Source: Eledone cirrhosa (Eukaryota). Taken from it: a DNA stretch of 64,000 nucleotides. Below are positions 13,555-28,069 of the stretch, piece after piece. The DNA is taken from the NCBI GenBank assembly GCA_964016885.1, contig CAXHJY010000406.1, positions 1 through 64,000 on the forward strand, read 5' to 3'. A program made the position numbers and the translations under genes. A model generated the notes under the pieces. The model made no database searches. It saw nothing but the letters and a program-made list of their open reading frames with translations, and had not been told where the DNA came from. Within the stretch, counting starts at the first letter, position 1. Every line of letters begins with the position of its first letter.

Positions 13555-16500
13555 ACCAAGTGCAGAGGGACCAGTGGACAACTGTTCAAAGGAAGAACAG
13601 AAAGCACCGAGACACTGGGAGCAAAAAAAAACAAGTAATGTGCAAGGTTTTCAAGAACGGGACTTGCTGGCATGGAGACAGGGATGGGATGCAGATTCGC
13701 CCACCCCAGGTCTCAAATGAACTATGCCCATCCTACTCGCGAAACATGCCCCAGCCAAAGCCGAAATAAGCCGCTCCAGAAGTATGCTGATGTCGCGCGT
13801 GCTGCACCAGCAAGGAGAAGGCATGCACATGCCGACAAGATACAGATGGCAGCAGCAGAGCAGAAAAATTTTTTGGTGATGGCAGAGAAGATTGTGGGAC
13901 AGCTGACCTAGCTGCATCGTTTCCAGAGCCAGGGTCACCCACACCAGCACTCAAGACCACCACAGCTAAGGGACCCAGAGTGGCCGCTGCTGACACCAGA
14001 CCAGGTGTCATACCGACAGCCATTACTGGCACCCAAAAGTCACACCAGTGCTGCTGCTGAATGTCAGAGGCCTGGTGAAACTCAGTAACATGAGTAAAAT
14101 TTCTACCTGGGAGACTTAGCCATAAGCAATCAAGCACTATGCATGGCACTAACCGAAACGCACCTGACAAGCAGTATAGCAGATGCAGAAATATACTGTA
14201 TTTCGTTTGGACAGGAAGGAGAGAACTCATGGTGGGGTTGCTTTGTATATCCGTGAAGATGTCACACCAATTGTACTGTTGACACATTCAAACTCAGTCT
14301 GTGACACATTCAAACTCAGTCTGTGACACACATAGTACATATGAAGCAACTACAGACAGTAATATGCGTGTCACATATCGGCCACCCGATGCCCCCAGTC
14401 ATGAGGGTAAATTTGAGGATAGCCTAAGTAGGATAGAAGGGGTCCTTGACAAACTGGACCAGGGTCTCAACATCCTACAAAGGTCAAATGGCCTGAGGGC
14501 CACCTCCTCCCTGGAATGACGTCAATAGAACAGAGACAGACGGAATCCCTGCTGGCCCTCACACACAGGCTGTTCATGGAGCAAGCAATACTCCTCCCAA
14601 CAAGAGGCGAAAATGTCCTGGACCTCTGTTTTACAAACAATGAAGTGCTCATCCACAATGTAAAGGTGACACCAACAATTCTCTCGGATCATAACTTAGT
14701 AGAGCTAATGATATGTGGTCCAAGAGAACCAACAGAGACAAAACTACCAAGAAGCTCCGGGACGCTATCCAACCTTAACTTCTACAAGGCTAACTGGAAA
14801 AAGATTAAGTGTGAAATCCGGAAGCAAACATGGAGTGAAAACATCGCCACACAAGACACTAACACACAATTTCAACACTTCATGACAACGATACACACCA
14901 TATGCAAAAAGTGTGTCCCGGAGAAAGAGGCAAACAGACACAAAAATCTTATTCCCAGAGATAGGAAAATCCTTATGAGACGTAGAACTAAACTCTCAAA
15001 CCAGTTGAATAGTCAACAAAACCAAAACAAGAAGGAATCCTATTTGAAACGTGCACTACTTGACACCGAGATTGCACTCAAACTTTCCCATGAAAATGAG
15101 AGGGCAAAGAAAGAGAACAGGGCCATAGAAAATATTAAAACAAACCCTAAAGCCTTCTTTAAATTTGCAAAAGAAACTGCCTCAGTACACTGCAAGATTG
15201 GGCCACTCGTCCATACGGACGGTTCATTAACCGAAAAACCCCAAGAGATATGTGAAATACTGAACGAACAGTACAAAAGTGTCTTCACATGTCCCCTGAG
15301 GCACATGCAAATAACGAAGCCAGAGGAGTTCTTTGATGCCAACACTACATGAAGAAATGGCGACCATTAACCACATAGACATAACGGAGGAGGATGTGGT
15401 GTACGCCATAGATGAAATTAGAACAGACTCAGCTGCTGGACCTGATGGATTCCCAGCAGTTCTCTTAAAAACATGTAAGCGGGCCTTAGCAACTCCACTG
15501 AAGATGCTCTTCAGAAGCTCCTTGGCTAGCGGTGTACTACCCAGGGAGCTGAAAGAAGGCACAATATGCCCTATCCATAAAGGGGGTAGAAGAGCGGAGG
15601 CCAAAAACTATAGGCCAGTCTCCCTGACGTCGCATATCAGTAAGGTCATGGAGCGAGTCGTAAGAAAGAAACTAATCACTTTCCTCGATGAAAATGACTG
15701 CCTGACTAGCACGCAACATGGCTTCCGCCCAGGAAGAAGCTGCCTTACACAGCTGCTACATCACTACGACTGGGTACTGAAACAACTACTAGACAGCTCA
15801 CATGTGAACGTGATATATCTTGACTTTGCGAAGGCCTTTGACAAGGTCGACTACGGAATGATATGTCACAAACTACACGGACTCGGCATAACTTCCTAAA
15901 GGACAGAAGCCAGACAGTCGCAGCAAATGGGGCCCTCTCAAAGGAAACACCAATAACAAGTGGGGTGCCCCAGGGGACAGTCCTGGGACCACGACTGTTT
16001 TTGGTGGCCCTCTCAGACATGCCCTCTGTAGTACATACAACAAGATCCCTCACTAGCTATGCTGATGACACTAAGGTAGCGCAGGCAATCAAAAACCTGG
16101 CTGACGATGCGCTTTAACAACAAGATCTGGAGGCCATACACAAATGGGCGGAAGAAAACAACATGCAGTTTAATGCTGGCAAATTCCAAGCCTTACAATA
16201 CAAAACTCCAAACAAACCTGCAAACACAAATATAGTACAACACAACTACACAGGACCAGGAGGGACCGATATCCCCGTGTCAAAATCGATACAAGATCTG
16301 GGCATAGACATGAGCGATGATGCATCTTTTTCCTCACACATGAAAGTGGCGACAATGTGCAGACGACTCACTGGCTGAATCTTGAGGACTTTCCTTACAA
16401 GAGACCGAGACACCATGTTGACACATGGAGGACATTTGTCCTAAGCCCCCTGGACTACTGCTCCCAGTTGTGGTCACCCCATAGTGTCAAACTAACCATG

Positions 16501-17027
16501 GAGCTTGAGGCAATCCAGCGAAGCTACATCAAGAGGATTGCCACAATGAAGGAGACGAGCTACTGGAAGAGGCTAAAAGAATTGAACCTCTACTGCTTGG
16601 AACGAAGACGGGAGAGATACGCAGTGATCTACATGTGGAAAATCCTGAAGGGACTAGCACCAAACTTTGGCATTGGGAGCTGGATCAACTGTCGAACAGG
16701 ACGTCACAGACGACACATCTAGAATATGGAGCAGGTATTGCAATAGCCTAGGATTCAAGGGTCCTCAACTCTTCAACAAGCTGCCGATAGATCTGAGAGA
16801 CTTGCATGATGTAGAGGTGGATGTCAAGAAACATCTCGACACCTTGCTATCCAGGATCCTGCATGAGCCCACAGCAAGGCACAAGGGAAACCTAAGGGTA
16901 GCAGCAACAAACTCCCTCTTACACCAGTGGCCACTCCTGGCTGGAGATAAAATGTGTAGCAACAAGGATGGTGCCCCAGCATGGCCTCAGCCGTATGGCT
17001 GAAACAGGTAAAAGAGTAAAAGAGTAA
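13555..17027 (+). mobile_element. CR1-group LINE, 5'-truncated, multiple frameshifts (same family as 56.8-61.1 kb)
   Basis: Fragmented APE and RT ORFs near-identical to the intact copy; 3' tail GTAAAAGAGTAAAAGAG. Confidence 0.92.
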
Positions 17028-17051
17028 ATATATATATATAAATATATATAG

Positions 17052-17100
<49 letters not shown>

Positions 17101-17103
17101 AAT

Positions 17104-17152
<49 letters not shown>

Positions 17153-17393
17153 AATATATATATTTATATAAATATATATATTTATATAAATATATATATA
17201 TATAAATATATATATTTATATAAATATATATATATAAATATATATATTTATATAAATATACATATTTATATAAATATATATATATAAATATATATATATA
17301 TAAATATATATATATAAATATATATATTTATATAAATATATATATAAATATATATATTTATATAAATATATATATAAATATATATATATATAA

Positions 17394-17426
<33 letters not shown>

Positions 17427-17429
17427 AAT

Positions 17430-17474
<45 letters not shown>

Positions 17475-17495
17475 TATATATAAATATATATATAA

Positions 17496-17526
<31 letters not shown>

Positions 17527-17955
17527 AATATATATATATAAATAAATACAATATCGGTGAAAGCTTTTTAGCGATACTCCGGCCAAATTCCAACTCACTC
17601 AAGAAACATTAGGAAACAAGTGATTATATTCGCAATTATGCGTTCGGGGTGCAAACTAAAAATATTGCGTGGAAAATTGGCTGTATTATTTCATATGAGA
17701 CATATATATATAAATATATATATATAAATATATGAATAATAATAAATTTATATATAAATATATATATATATATATATAAATATATTAATAATAATAAATT
17801 TATATATATATATATAAATATATTAATAATAATAAATTTATATATAAATATATATATAAATATATATAATATATAGCGGCGATATATAGCAGTGAGTGTG
17901 TTCTGTTATTAATTCTGGCAATATTACGCAAATATGACCCTCCCCAAGTATAACA

Positions 17956-17992
<37 letters not shown>

Positions 17993-18053
17993 TATTAATA
18001 ATAATATATTTATTTATAAATATATATATATATAAAAATATAAATATATAAAT

Positions 18054-18110
<57 letters not shown>

Positions 18111-18179
18111 AATATATATATAAATATAAATATATATATAAATATAAATAAATATATATATAAATATATATATATAAAT

Positions 18180-18673
18180 ATCTATCTATCTGAGGCAGGT
18201 AAAATTCCCGAGATCCATGGACGAGTTCTCTCCAGCGGTCTCTGTCCCTCATTAACGCTGCCATGTCCTGCGTCTCCAACAGACCAGTGTCTGTCCTTAG
18301 GGCATCAACATACGTTAACCTTGGTCTTCCTCTTCTAGTGATTCCATGTAGGGGCTCCCACAGGAGCACTGAGTGCAATGTCAACTCTGGATGTCGGTGA
18401 GCATGTCCAGCTAACCTCAGTCTCCTCTGTGTCACTTTTGAGCTGACTTTTGGGATGCTCCCATACAGCTCTGAGTTTTTCATCCTCAGTGTATACTGAT
18501 TAATGTTCAGCGCCATCCTCAGCATTCTTGTGTAGCACCCATCCAAAGCTTGAGATCGGTGTGAAAGTCGGACCTTCGTAGAGACCTGAAGGTCCGTCTC
18601 TTCACTGCTGTAGTGGAGTCTGTGCTGCTGTATGGGGCTGAGACTTGGACACTGACTAAGAAACTCACTCAGA
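18180..18673 (-). mobile_element. RTE-like LINE 3' fragment with 5' inversion
   Basis: Minus-strand [13 protein letters not shown]...RRGRPRLTY with (GATA)n tail; 18547-18673 is the adjacent upstream segment in the opposite orientation (compare 51455-52042). Confidence 0.85.
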
Positions 18674-19221
18674 TAAAAATATATATATAAATATATATAT
18701 ATAAATGTATATAAATCTAAATATATATAAATAAATATATATAAATATATATAAATATATATAAATAAATATATATAAATATATATAAATAAATATATAT
18801 AAATATAAATATATAAATATAAATATAAATATATAAATATAAATATAAATATATATAAATATATATATATATATCTAAATATATATATATTTATATATAT
18901 TTATATTTATATATATATTTATATTTATATATATTTATATTTATATATATTTATATATATTTATTTATATATATTTAGATTTATATACATTTATATATAT
19001 ATATTTATATATATATTTTTATCGGAGTGAGTTTCTTAGTCAGTGTCCAAGTCTCAGCCCCATACAGATATATATATATATTTATATATATATATTTATA
19101 TATATATATATATATATATTTAGATATATATTTAGATATTTAGATATATATATATATTTAGATATATATATATATATATCTATATATATATCTAAATATA
19201 TATATATATATCTAAATATAT

Positions 19222-19478
<257 letters not shown>

Positions 19479-19495
19479 AATATATATATATAAAT

Positions 19496-19744
<249 letters not shown>

Positions 19745-19909
19745 GATATATATATAGATATATATATATATTTAGATATATATATATCTAAATATATATA
19801 TATATATAAATATCAAAATATATATCTAAATATATATATATATATATATCTATATATATATCTAAATATATATATATATCTAAATATCTAAATATATATC
19901 TAAATATAT

Positions 19910-19944
<35 letters not shown>

Positions 19945-20229
19945 AATATATATATATATCTGTATGGGGCTGAGACTTGGACACTGACTAAGAAACTCAC
20001 TCCGATAAAAATATATATATAAATATATATATATAAATGTATATAAATCTAAATATATATAAATAAATATATATAAATATATATAAATATAAATATATAT
20101 AAATATAAATATATATATAAATATAAATATATATATATATTTAGATATATATATATATATTTATATATATTTATATATATTAGAATTGGAGCTCTGAAAT
20201 AGCAATTATATATATGGATGTATATATAC

Positions 20230-20508
20230 TGTATTTTGCAATACACTTTATGCTTAATTAAAAGCATTTTGAAGACCGTAAGCTATTGTTTTAAAGTAGT
20301 GACAAATTCACTTACTTTGATCTCAGCAAATGATCTCGGTAGACAGTAGTTAGCCTTGATAAGCTTCAACAAAAGCGAAACAAGGCCTTGTCGGCTTATC
20401 TCCCCTGTTTGCTGAGATCAAAGTAAGTGAATTTGTCATTACATTAAAACAATAGCTTACGGTCTTCAAAATGCTTTTAATTAAGCATAAAGTGTATTGC
20501 AAAATACA
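20230..20508 (+). mobile_element. Fold-back element (~100 bp arms) with an HHR in the loop
   Basis: Arms 20230-20330 and 20408-20508 are reverse complements. Confidence 0.8.
20352..20396 (+). ncRNA. Type I hammerhead ribozyme, U3-A8 core variant
   Basis: AGCC-UUGAUAA-GCUU caacaa AAGC-GAAA-CAAGGCCUUG-UC-GGCU. Confidence 0.8.
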
Positions 20509-20517
20509 TTATAATAT

Positions 20518-20576
<59 letters not shown>

Positions 20577-20645
20577 AATATATATATAAATATATAAATA
20601 TATATATAAATATATATATAAATATATATATAAATATATATATAA

Positions 20646-20727
<82 letters not shown>

Positions 20728-20802
20728 TATATATATATTTATATATTTATATATATATTTATATATTTATATATATATTTATATATATATATATATATTT
20801 AG

Positions 20803-20833
<31 letters not shown>

Positions 20834-20969
20834 AATATATATATTTATATGTGCGTGGTTTTGTATACCCATGGTAAGGTTTTGCGTATGCTTGTGTATG
20901 TACGTATCTGTTTGCGCGTATGTATTTATTTGTTTCTATTACTTCTGTATTGTATTTATTTACTTTGTT

Positions 20970-21500
20970 CTTAACTCTGTAGCGGAGATTCATTGGTCTC
21001 CTAGTTAGAATTTTAGTCTACGATTTCTGCTATACCATTTACGTGGTTTTGTCTTTGCGTGCTATTGTTCTCCACGCTCCACATATGACTTATTATCTTC
21101 GTTTTTTCGTTCATTGCCAGAGAACGTCTCTATGCACCACCTAAGAGAACATTAGTCTACAAACTCTTTTATACCATAAACGTGGTTTTGTCTTTGCGCG
21201 TAATTGTTTTTCACCGCTCCTATTAATGACGTATTATTCGTTTTTTCCCCGTTCTTTGCCAGCGAATGTTACCACGAACCAAAGTATCGTCTTCCTGTCT
21301 TCCTCCGGTTGCAACGTTTTTTGAAATATCCAGTTCTGCGTTTACAGATTGACTTTGTTAGTTTCAGAAGATCCCGTTAAGGGTGAAAGCAGCGATTCTT
21401 TGCTTAAACTTTAATCTGTTATTTTAATAAATATTTGCTCTACGGTTCTTATATATTTGATATATATTTTCCTTATCGAGCCCTCTTTGGATTTTAGTCT
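20970..21500 (+). mobile_element. PLE-like terminal fragment, family C (internal ~140 bp diverged duplication)
   Basis: Homologous copies on the minus strand at ~46290-46600 and ~48910-49185; contains an HHR-like motif. Confidence 0.6.
21360..21410 (+). ncRNA. Hammerhead-like motif with CAGAAGA core (family C)
   Basis: AGUUU-CAGAAGA-UCCC guuaa GGGU-GAAA-GCAG cgauucu UUGC-UU-AAACU. Confidence 0.6.
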
Positions 21501-21524
21501 TCAATTTTATTATTACTATATATA

Positions 21525-21556
<32 letters not shown>

Positions 21557-21577
21557 AATATATATAAATATAAATAT

Positions 21578-21608
<31 letters not shown>

Positions 21609-21673
21609 AATATAAATATATATATAAATATAAATATAAATATATATATAAATATAAATATATATATAAATAT

Positions 21674-21760
<87 letters not shown>

Positions 21761-21857
21761 AATATAAATATAAATATATAAATATATATATATATATAAA
21801 TATAAATATAAATATATATATAAATATAAATATAAATATATATATAAATATAAATAT

Positions 21858-21888
<31 letters not shown>

Positions 21889-21919
21889 AATATATATAGA
21901 AATATAAATAAATATAAAT

Positions 21920-21952
<33 letters not shown>

Positions 21953-21986
21953 AATATATATATAAATATAAATAAATATAAATATA

Positions 21987-22020
<34 letters not shown>

Positions 22021-22070
22021 AATATATATATAAATATAAATAAATATAAATATATAAATATATATATATA

Positions 22071-22108
<38 letters not shown>

Positions 22109-22162
22109 AATATATAAATATATATATATATATATATAAATATAAATAAATATATATATATA

Positions 22163-22228
<66 letters not shown>

Positions 22229-22229
<1 letters not shown>

Positions 22230-22525
22230 TATTGTTATATTTGGGGAGGGTCATATTTGCGTAATATTGCCAGAATTAATAACAGAACACACTCACTGTT
22301 TGGTTGGTTTTCGCTTCTCGCTGTCTTTTATATATGAGTAAGTTAGATCGCAGATATATATATATAAAAGACAGCGAGAAGCGAAAACCAACCAAACAGT
22401 GAGTGTGTTCTGTTATTAATTCTGGCAATATTACGCAAATATGACCCTCCCCAAATATAACAATATCTGTTTCGACACACGATTTCATATAAAAAACCTC
22501 GCAAAACTAATTCATCGCCGCTATA
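22229..22525. repeat. Fold-back inverted repeat (~107 bp arms) of an unknown short element
   Basis: Arms 22229-22335 and 22360-22466; a partial copy lies at ~17872-17960. Confidence 0.85.
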
Positions 22526-22634
22526 TAAATATAAATAAATATAAATATATATATATAAATATATATAAATATAAATATAAATGTATATATATAAATATAT
22601 ATATACATATATAAATATATATATATAAAGAAAT

Positions 22635-22693
<59 letters not shown>

Positions 22694-22700
22694 AAGAAAT

Positions 22701-22733
<33 letters not shown>

Positions 22734-22738
22734 AAGAA

Positions 22739-22771
<33 letters not shown>

Positions 22772-22878
22772 AATATATATATATATAAATATATATAAAT
22801 ATAAATATATATATATATAAATATATATATAAATATATATATATATAAATATATATATATATAAATATATATATAAAT

Positions 22879-22959
<81 letters not shown>

Positions 22960-22976
22960 TATATAAATATATATAA

Positions 22977-23013
<37 letters not shown>

Positions 23014-23016
23014 AAT

Positions 23017-23127
<111 letters not shown>

Positions 23128-23282
23128 AATATATATATATAATATATATATATAAATATATATATATAAATATATATATATAATATATATAAATATATAT
23201 ATATAATATATATAAATATATATATATAATATATATAAATATATATATATAATATATATAAATATATATATATAAATATATA

Positions 23283-23970
23283 TCATCATCATCATCAACG
23301 TTTAACGTCCGTGTTCCATGCTTGCATGGGTTTGGACGGGGGTAGTCCCACTTGAGGCAAGAGTGATTGTCTTGCTCGCATAGGACTGTCTGGCAGGTTT
23401 TCTACAGTTGGATGCCCTTCCTAACACCAACCACATTTACAGTGTGGGTCTGGGAGGTTTTTACCGTGTTGCCTACACGGCCACATTACAGCGTGGACTG
23501 TGTGTTTTTTTGTCGTGACACCTACACGATCTCATTTGTTTCGGCCTCGATGGCGCGGCACCAACATAACTTTACATAGAACGGGGTGGTGTGGATCGGG
23601 TGGGGGTGGTGGTGGTGGACGGGGTGTATTTTGTTAGAGATGCCTACTGGCTGGAGTAGGTTTTACTATATATTTAGGTAAGGCGGGTCTTCTCTGTTAC
23701 TGAGTACCGCCAAAGGTCTCGGTCCAGTGACATTGTCTTGGAGAGGTGTAAGTGTGTGATGTCGGAGTTTATCAGCTCGTCCCAGGTTTTCTAGGTCTGC
23801 CTATTCCGTGACTACCGTCTATCTTTATTGCCCTGCACTTTGTTATACAGCTATCGACTTTCATGCGCATCACGTGTCCATACCAACGTAGCCTTCTCTC
23901 GAGTAAACAACATCTGATCCCTCTTATCTCTAATTTTTTCCTTAGTTCGTTTATGCTTTGCCGTTCACGT
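23283..23970 (-). mobile_element. RTE LINE 3' fragment (same family as 2661-5030)
   Basis: (CAT)n tail plus a 3'UTR nearly identical to 2661-3140. Confidence 0.88.
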
Positions 23971-24122
23971 ATATATAAATATATATATATATATAAATAT
24001 ATATAAATATATATATATAAATATATATAAATATATATATATAAATATATATATATATTTACATATATATATATATATATATAAATATATTTACATATAT
24101 ATATATATATATTTACATATAT

Positions 24123-24159
<37 letters not shown>

Positions 24160-24168
24160 TACATATAT

Positions 24169-24226
<58 letters not shown>

Positions 24227-24272
24227 GTAAATATATATATATATATATAAATATATATATATATATGTAAAT

Positions 24273-24304
<32 letters not shown>

Positions 24305-24310
24305 GTAAAT

Positions 24311-24344
<34 letters not shown>

Positions 24345-24354
24345 GTAAATATAT

Positions 24355-24413
<59 letters not shown>

Positions 24414-24432
24414 AATATATATATATATAAAT

Positions 24433-24487
<55 letters not shown>

Positions 24488-24490
24488 AAT

Positions 24491-24557
<67 letters not shown>

Positions 24558-24706
24558 AATATATATATAAATATATGGAAAGTTATATTTAAATTGTTGG
24601 GTTAACAACGAGTAAATATTTATAACTGATATAAAAGCACTCAACAAGTATTTGGAGTATATTTATGATATTAAATAAATGGAAACTATATTTATAAAAC
24701 CATATT

Positions 24707-24772
24707 TATTTCATTATATATATTTCAGGGATATCATATTAACAATATGTTATGCCTTCATCAGACAAAATA
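24707..24772 (-). ncRNA. Type I hammerhead ribozyme (family D)
   Basis: Minus strand: UAUUUUGU-CUGAUGA-AGG...CCU-GAAA-UAUAUA-UA-AUGAAAUA. Confidence 0.78.
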
Positions 24773-24995
24773 CAATATAAACAGTTTTATAAGTAAATAG
24801 ATATGACATACCTTTCAATCGACTTGCATTTGGGAAGTTGATTTGGCAGTAAAATATATATTTATATATATAAATATATATATATAAATATAAATATATA
24901 TATATAAATATAAATATATATATATAAATATATATATATAAATATAAATATATATATATAAATACATATATATAAATACATATATATAAATATAT

Positions 24996-25028
<33 letters not shown>

Positions 25029-25388
25029 TAAATATATAAATATAAATATATAAATATATATATATAAATATATAAATATAAATATATAAATATAAATATA
25101 TAAATATATATATATATAAATATAAATATATATAAATATGTATATATAAATATATATATATAAATATATATATATAAATATATATATATAAATATAAATA
25201 TATAAATATATAAATATAAATATATATATATAAATATATATAAATATATATAACGAAGGAAATGTGGTAAGGAACCAGGTGGACCATAACGCACCAAAGT
25301 ACTCAATACTTGAGGTAGTAGAGTGGGTAATAGGAACCAGTAAGACCCCGACAGCTGAGCTCAAGCCGTTTCGACGGAGTTCCATGTA

Positions 25389-25453
25389 TTTTATTATGCG
25401 CATTTCAAAAACAAACATCATCATGCAATAATATTTGTTTTCATCAGATAAAA
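25389..25453 (-). ncRNA. Type I hammerhead ribozyme (family E, sense to the PLE ORF)
   Basis: Reverse-complement partner of the motif at 26813-26879. Confidence 0.8.
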
Positions 25454-26812
25454 CAGGAGAACATGATATGAAGGCTAAAAAACACTTGTGGATAGTGCAG
25501 TTTTAAATCAACATATGAAAAGTGGTTTTAGATTGATGTGTGATATTGGGAAAAATATTTTATTTAGAGAGGGGAGGGGGTGGAAAGGATGAAAAAGGGG
25601 AGGAGATGAGAGGGAGAGATGGGTGATAGAGAGAAACAGATAGTTTTTATAACTGAGAGGTGATATATTGTTTTACATAGAGAGGTTGAAAACCGTTGGA
25701 AGATAATGTATAAATTAAAAAAATTTGAAAATTAACGAAAGGAGGATATGTGCGAGGAAAAAGTATTTTATTTAGGGAGGGGGGGTGGAAAGGATGAAAA
25801 AAAGGGGGAGGAGATGAGAGTGAAGGTGGAGAGAGAGAGATGGGTGATGGAGAGAGAGAGATGGGTGATAGAGAGAAAGAGATAGTTTTTATAACAGGGA
25901 GAAAGATATATTGTTTACATAGAGAGGTTGAGAACCGTTGGAAGATAATGTATAAATTAAAGGAATTTGAAAATTAACGAAGGGAATTTATGTATGAAGA
26001 TAGAGAGAAGAAATAATAATTGTGGATGAATATTCTAACGGGTATGTTGATAAGTATTGTGCAATTTCAAAATTAACGAAGAGAAAAATTATTAAGGTTT
26101 GTGTGTAGAAGGATTTGAGAAAAATAATGTGAAGTTAAAGTTTGTATATTGGAGGAATTGATAATATATGCGAATAAAGAGTTAATATGTATTAAGAATG
26201 AGTTTGTTGATGGGGAGAAAAAATAATAAATTAAGGATGAAATTGAGATTAAAAAGATTTATGATAGAGAGAAAAAAATAATGATTGCGGATGAATATTC
26301 TAACGTCAAAAAACAGATGTATATGTTATGAAGGATTTTACAAGGTGAAGATAGAATGAGGGTAATGAGTAAACAAGTATTATAGAGTGTATAATGCCCT
26401 TTAAAGTATGGTAGGAAGATGGGTATATTTTAAAGAGGTGTATGTATATGTGCCTTTGAGAAAAGATTCTAAATTGATAAAGAATTGAATATTAACTGTA
26501 TACTTTGTGAAAAGTTCTATGGAATTTATGCAGGCAGATAGAAAACAAATCTGTACGTCTATTTATTATAGAATCTAGGTTAGAGATAATGGTAAATTTT
26601 TCATTTAGGCAGAGATTACAGATTTTAGATAGAGCTGTTCAAGTATGAGGATGCAGAAGAAACCTTCTTCCAAAAGATGGTATATTTAATGTTTTTGTCT
26701 TTTAAGGACCATATGAGTTCTGAGAGAGCAGTGTTCGTTCTTTTAAGTTTGTATTTGATTTAAAACTGCACTATCCACAAGTGTTTTTTAGCCTTCATAT
26801 CATGTTCTCCTG

Positions 26813-26879
26813 TTTTATCTGATGAAAACACAAATATTATTGCATGATGATGTTTGTTTTTGAAATGCGCATAATAAAA
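26813..26879 (+). ncRNA. Type I hammerhead ribozyme (family E, inverted arm)
   Basis: UUUUAU-CUGAUGA-long stem II-GAAA-UGCGCA-UA-AUAAAA. Confidence 0.8.
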
Positions 26880-27007
26880 TGCATGGAACTCCTTTAACCA
26901 TCTTTTGATCTTATATTATGTATACTCCAGTCCTACAAACTGTAGAGTGCTTCTTATCCGATATCTGCATTGCTTTATTGTACTACAATAAAACTCACCT
27001 CCTACAT

Positions 27008-27577
27008 TATATATATATATATATACATATATACACATACATATATACACATATACATACACACATACATACATAGAGACACATACATATACATATATAA
27101 ATATATAGACACACATACAAACACACATATATATATATACACATATATTCACAACACACATACATATATACACATATATGTATACACACATACACACACA
27201 TAAATATATATATACATACATACATACAGACACATATATATACACACATATATACATACACACACATATATATATACACACACACAACACACACACATAC
27301 ATATACGTATATATACACACACATACACATGTATGTATATACACATACAACCACACGCTCACACAACTCAGACATACGTAAATAAAGAGATATACATACA
27401 CACATATACACATATATATATATATATATATGCATATATATATATATATATACACATACATAAATATATATACACACACACAAATATACATACACTCACA
27501 CACAAATATACATACACTCACACACAAATATACATACACTCACACACAAATATACATACACTCACACATACACATAC

Positions 27578-27608
<31 letters not shown>

Positions 27609-27655
27609 TATAAAAAAAAAATAAATAAATAAATACACACAGTCAGACAATTATG

Positions 27656-27699
<44 letters not shown>

Positions 27700-27740
27700 C
27701 ACACATCTCTACAAATATATATACACACTATATATATACA
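27008..27740. repeat. (TA)/(CA) mixed microsatellite
   Basis: Direct reading. Confidence 0.9.
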
Positions 27741-28069
27741 CACTGTATATGCGCGTGTGGGGGTGAATGTATATATATGTGTGTATATAGAAATCTATAT
27801 ATGTTTATATGCGTATGTGTATTTTATCTGTAGATTATAAACATACAGAGACATTAGCCCTGAATTTTTGTATTTACATACATTTTTTCGACATGCGTAT
27901 GCATGTGAACATATATCTTTATGCATATCTGTGAACGAAGTTACTTACATATATACACACACCTAACTGTATTTTCTTGATATATTTTTGTGTATTTCAT
28001 TGGTCAATTTGAACTCTGTTCCCAAACAGACCTGTAATTTTGAATTGTTGTTATTATCAATAAATATAT

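Larger units (their letters stand above)
25376..26892 (-). mobile_element. 5'-truncated Penelope-like element with inverted terminal repeat
   Basis: Inverted repeats at 25376-25511 and 26755-26892; minus-strand remnant 26492-26760 reads TALSELIWSLKDKNIKYTIFW...KICNLCLNEKFTI...INRRTDLFSICLH, typical of a PLE GIY-YIG C-terminus. Confidence 0.8.

Noticed and set aside
25345-25376. Half hammerhead on the minus strand (GAAA-CGGCU/AGCUG-UC)
   Set aside because: No CUGANGA partner could be located; possibly the remnant of another element cut by the PLE insertion
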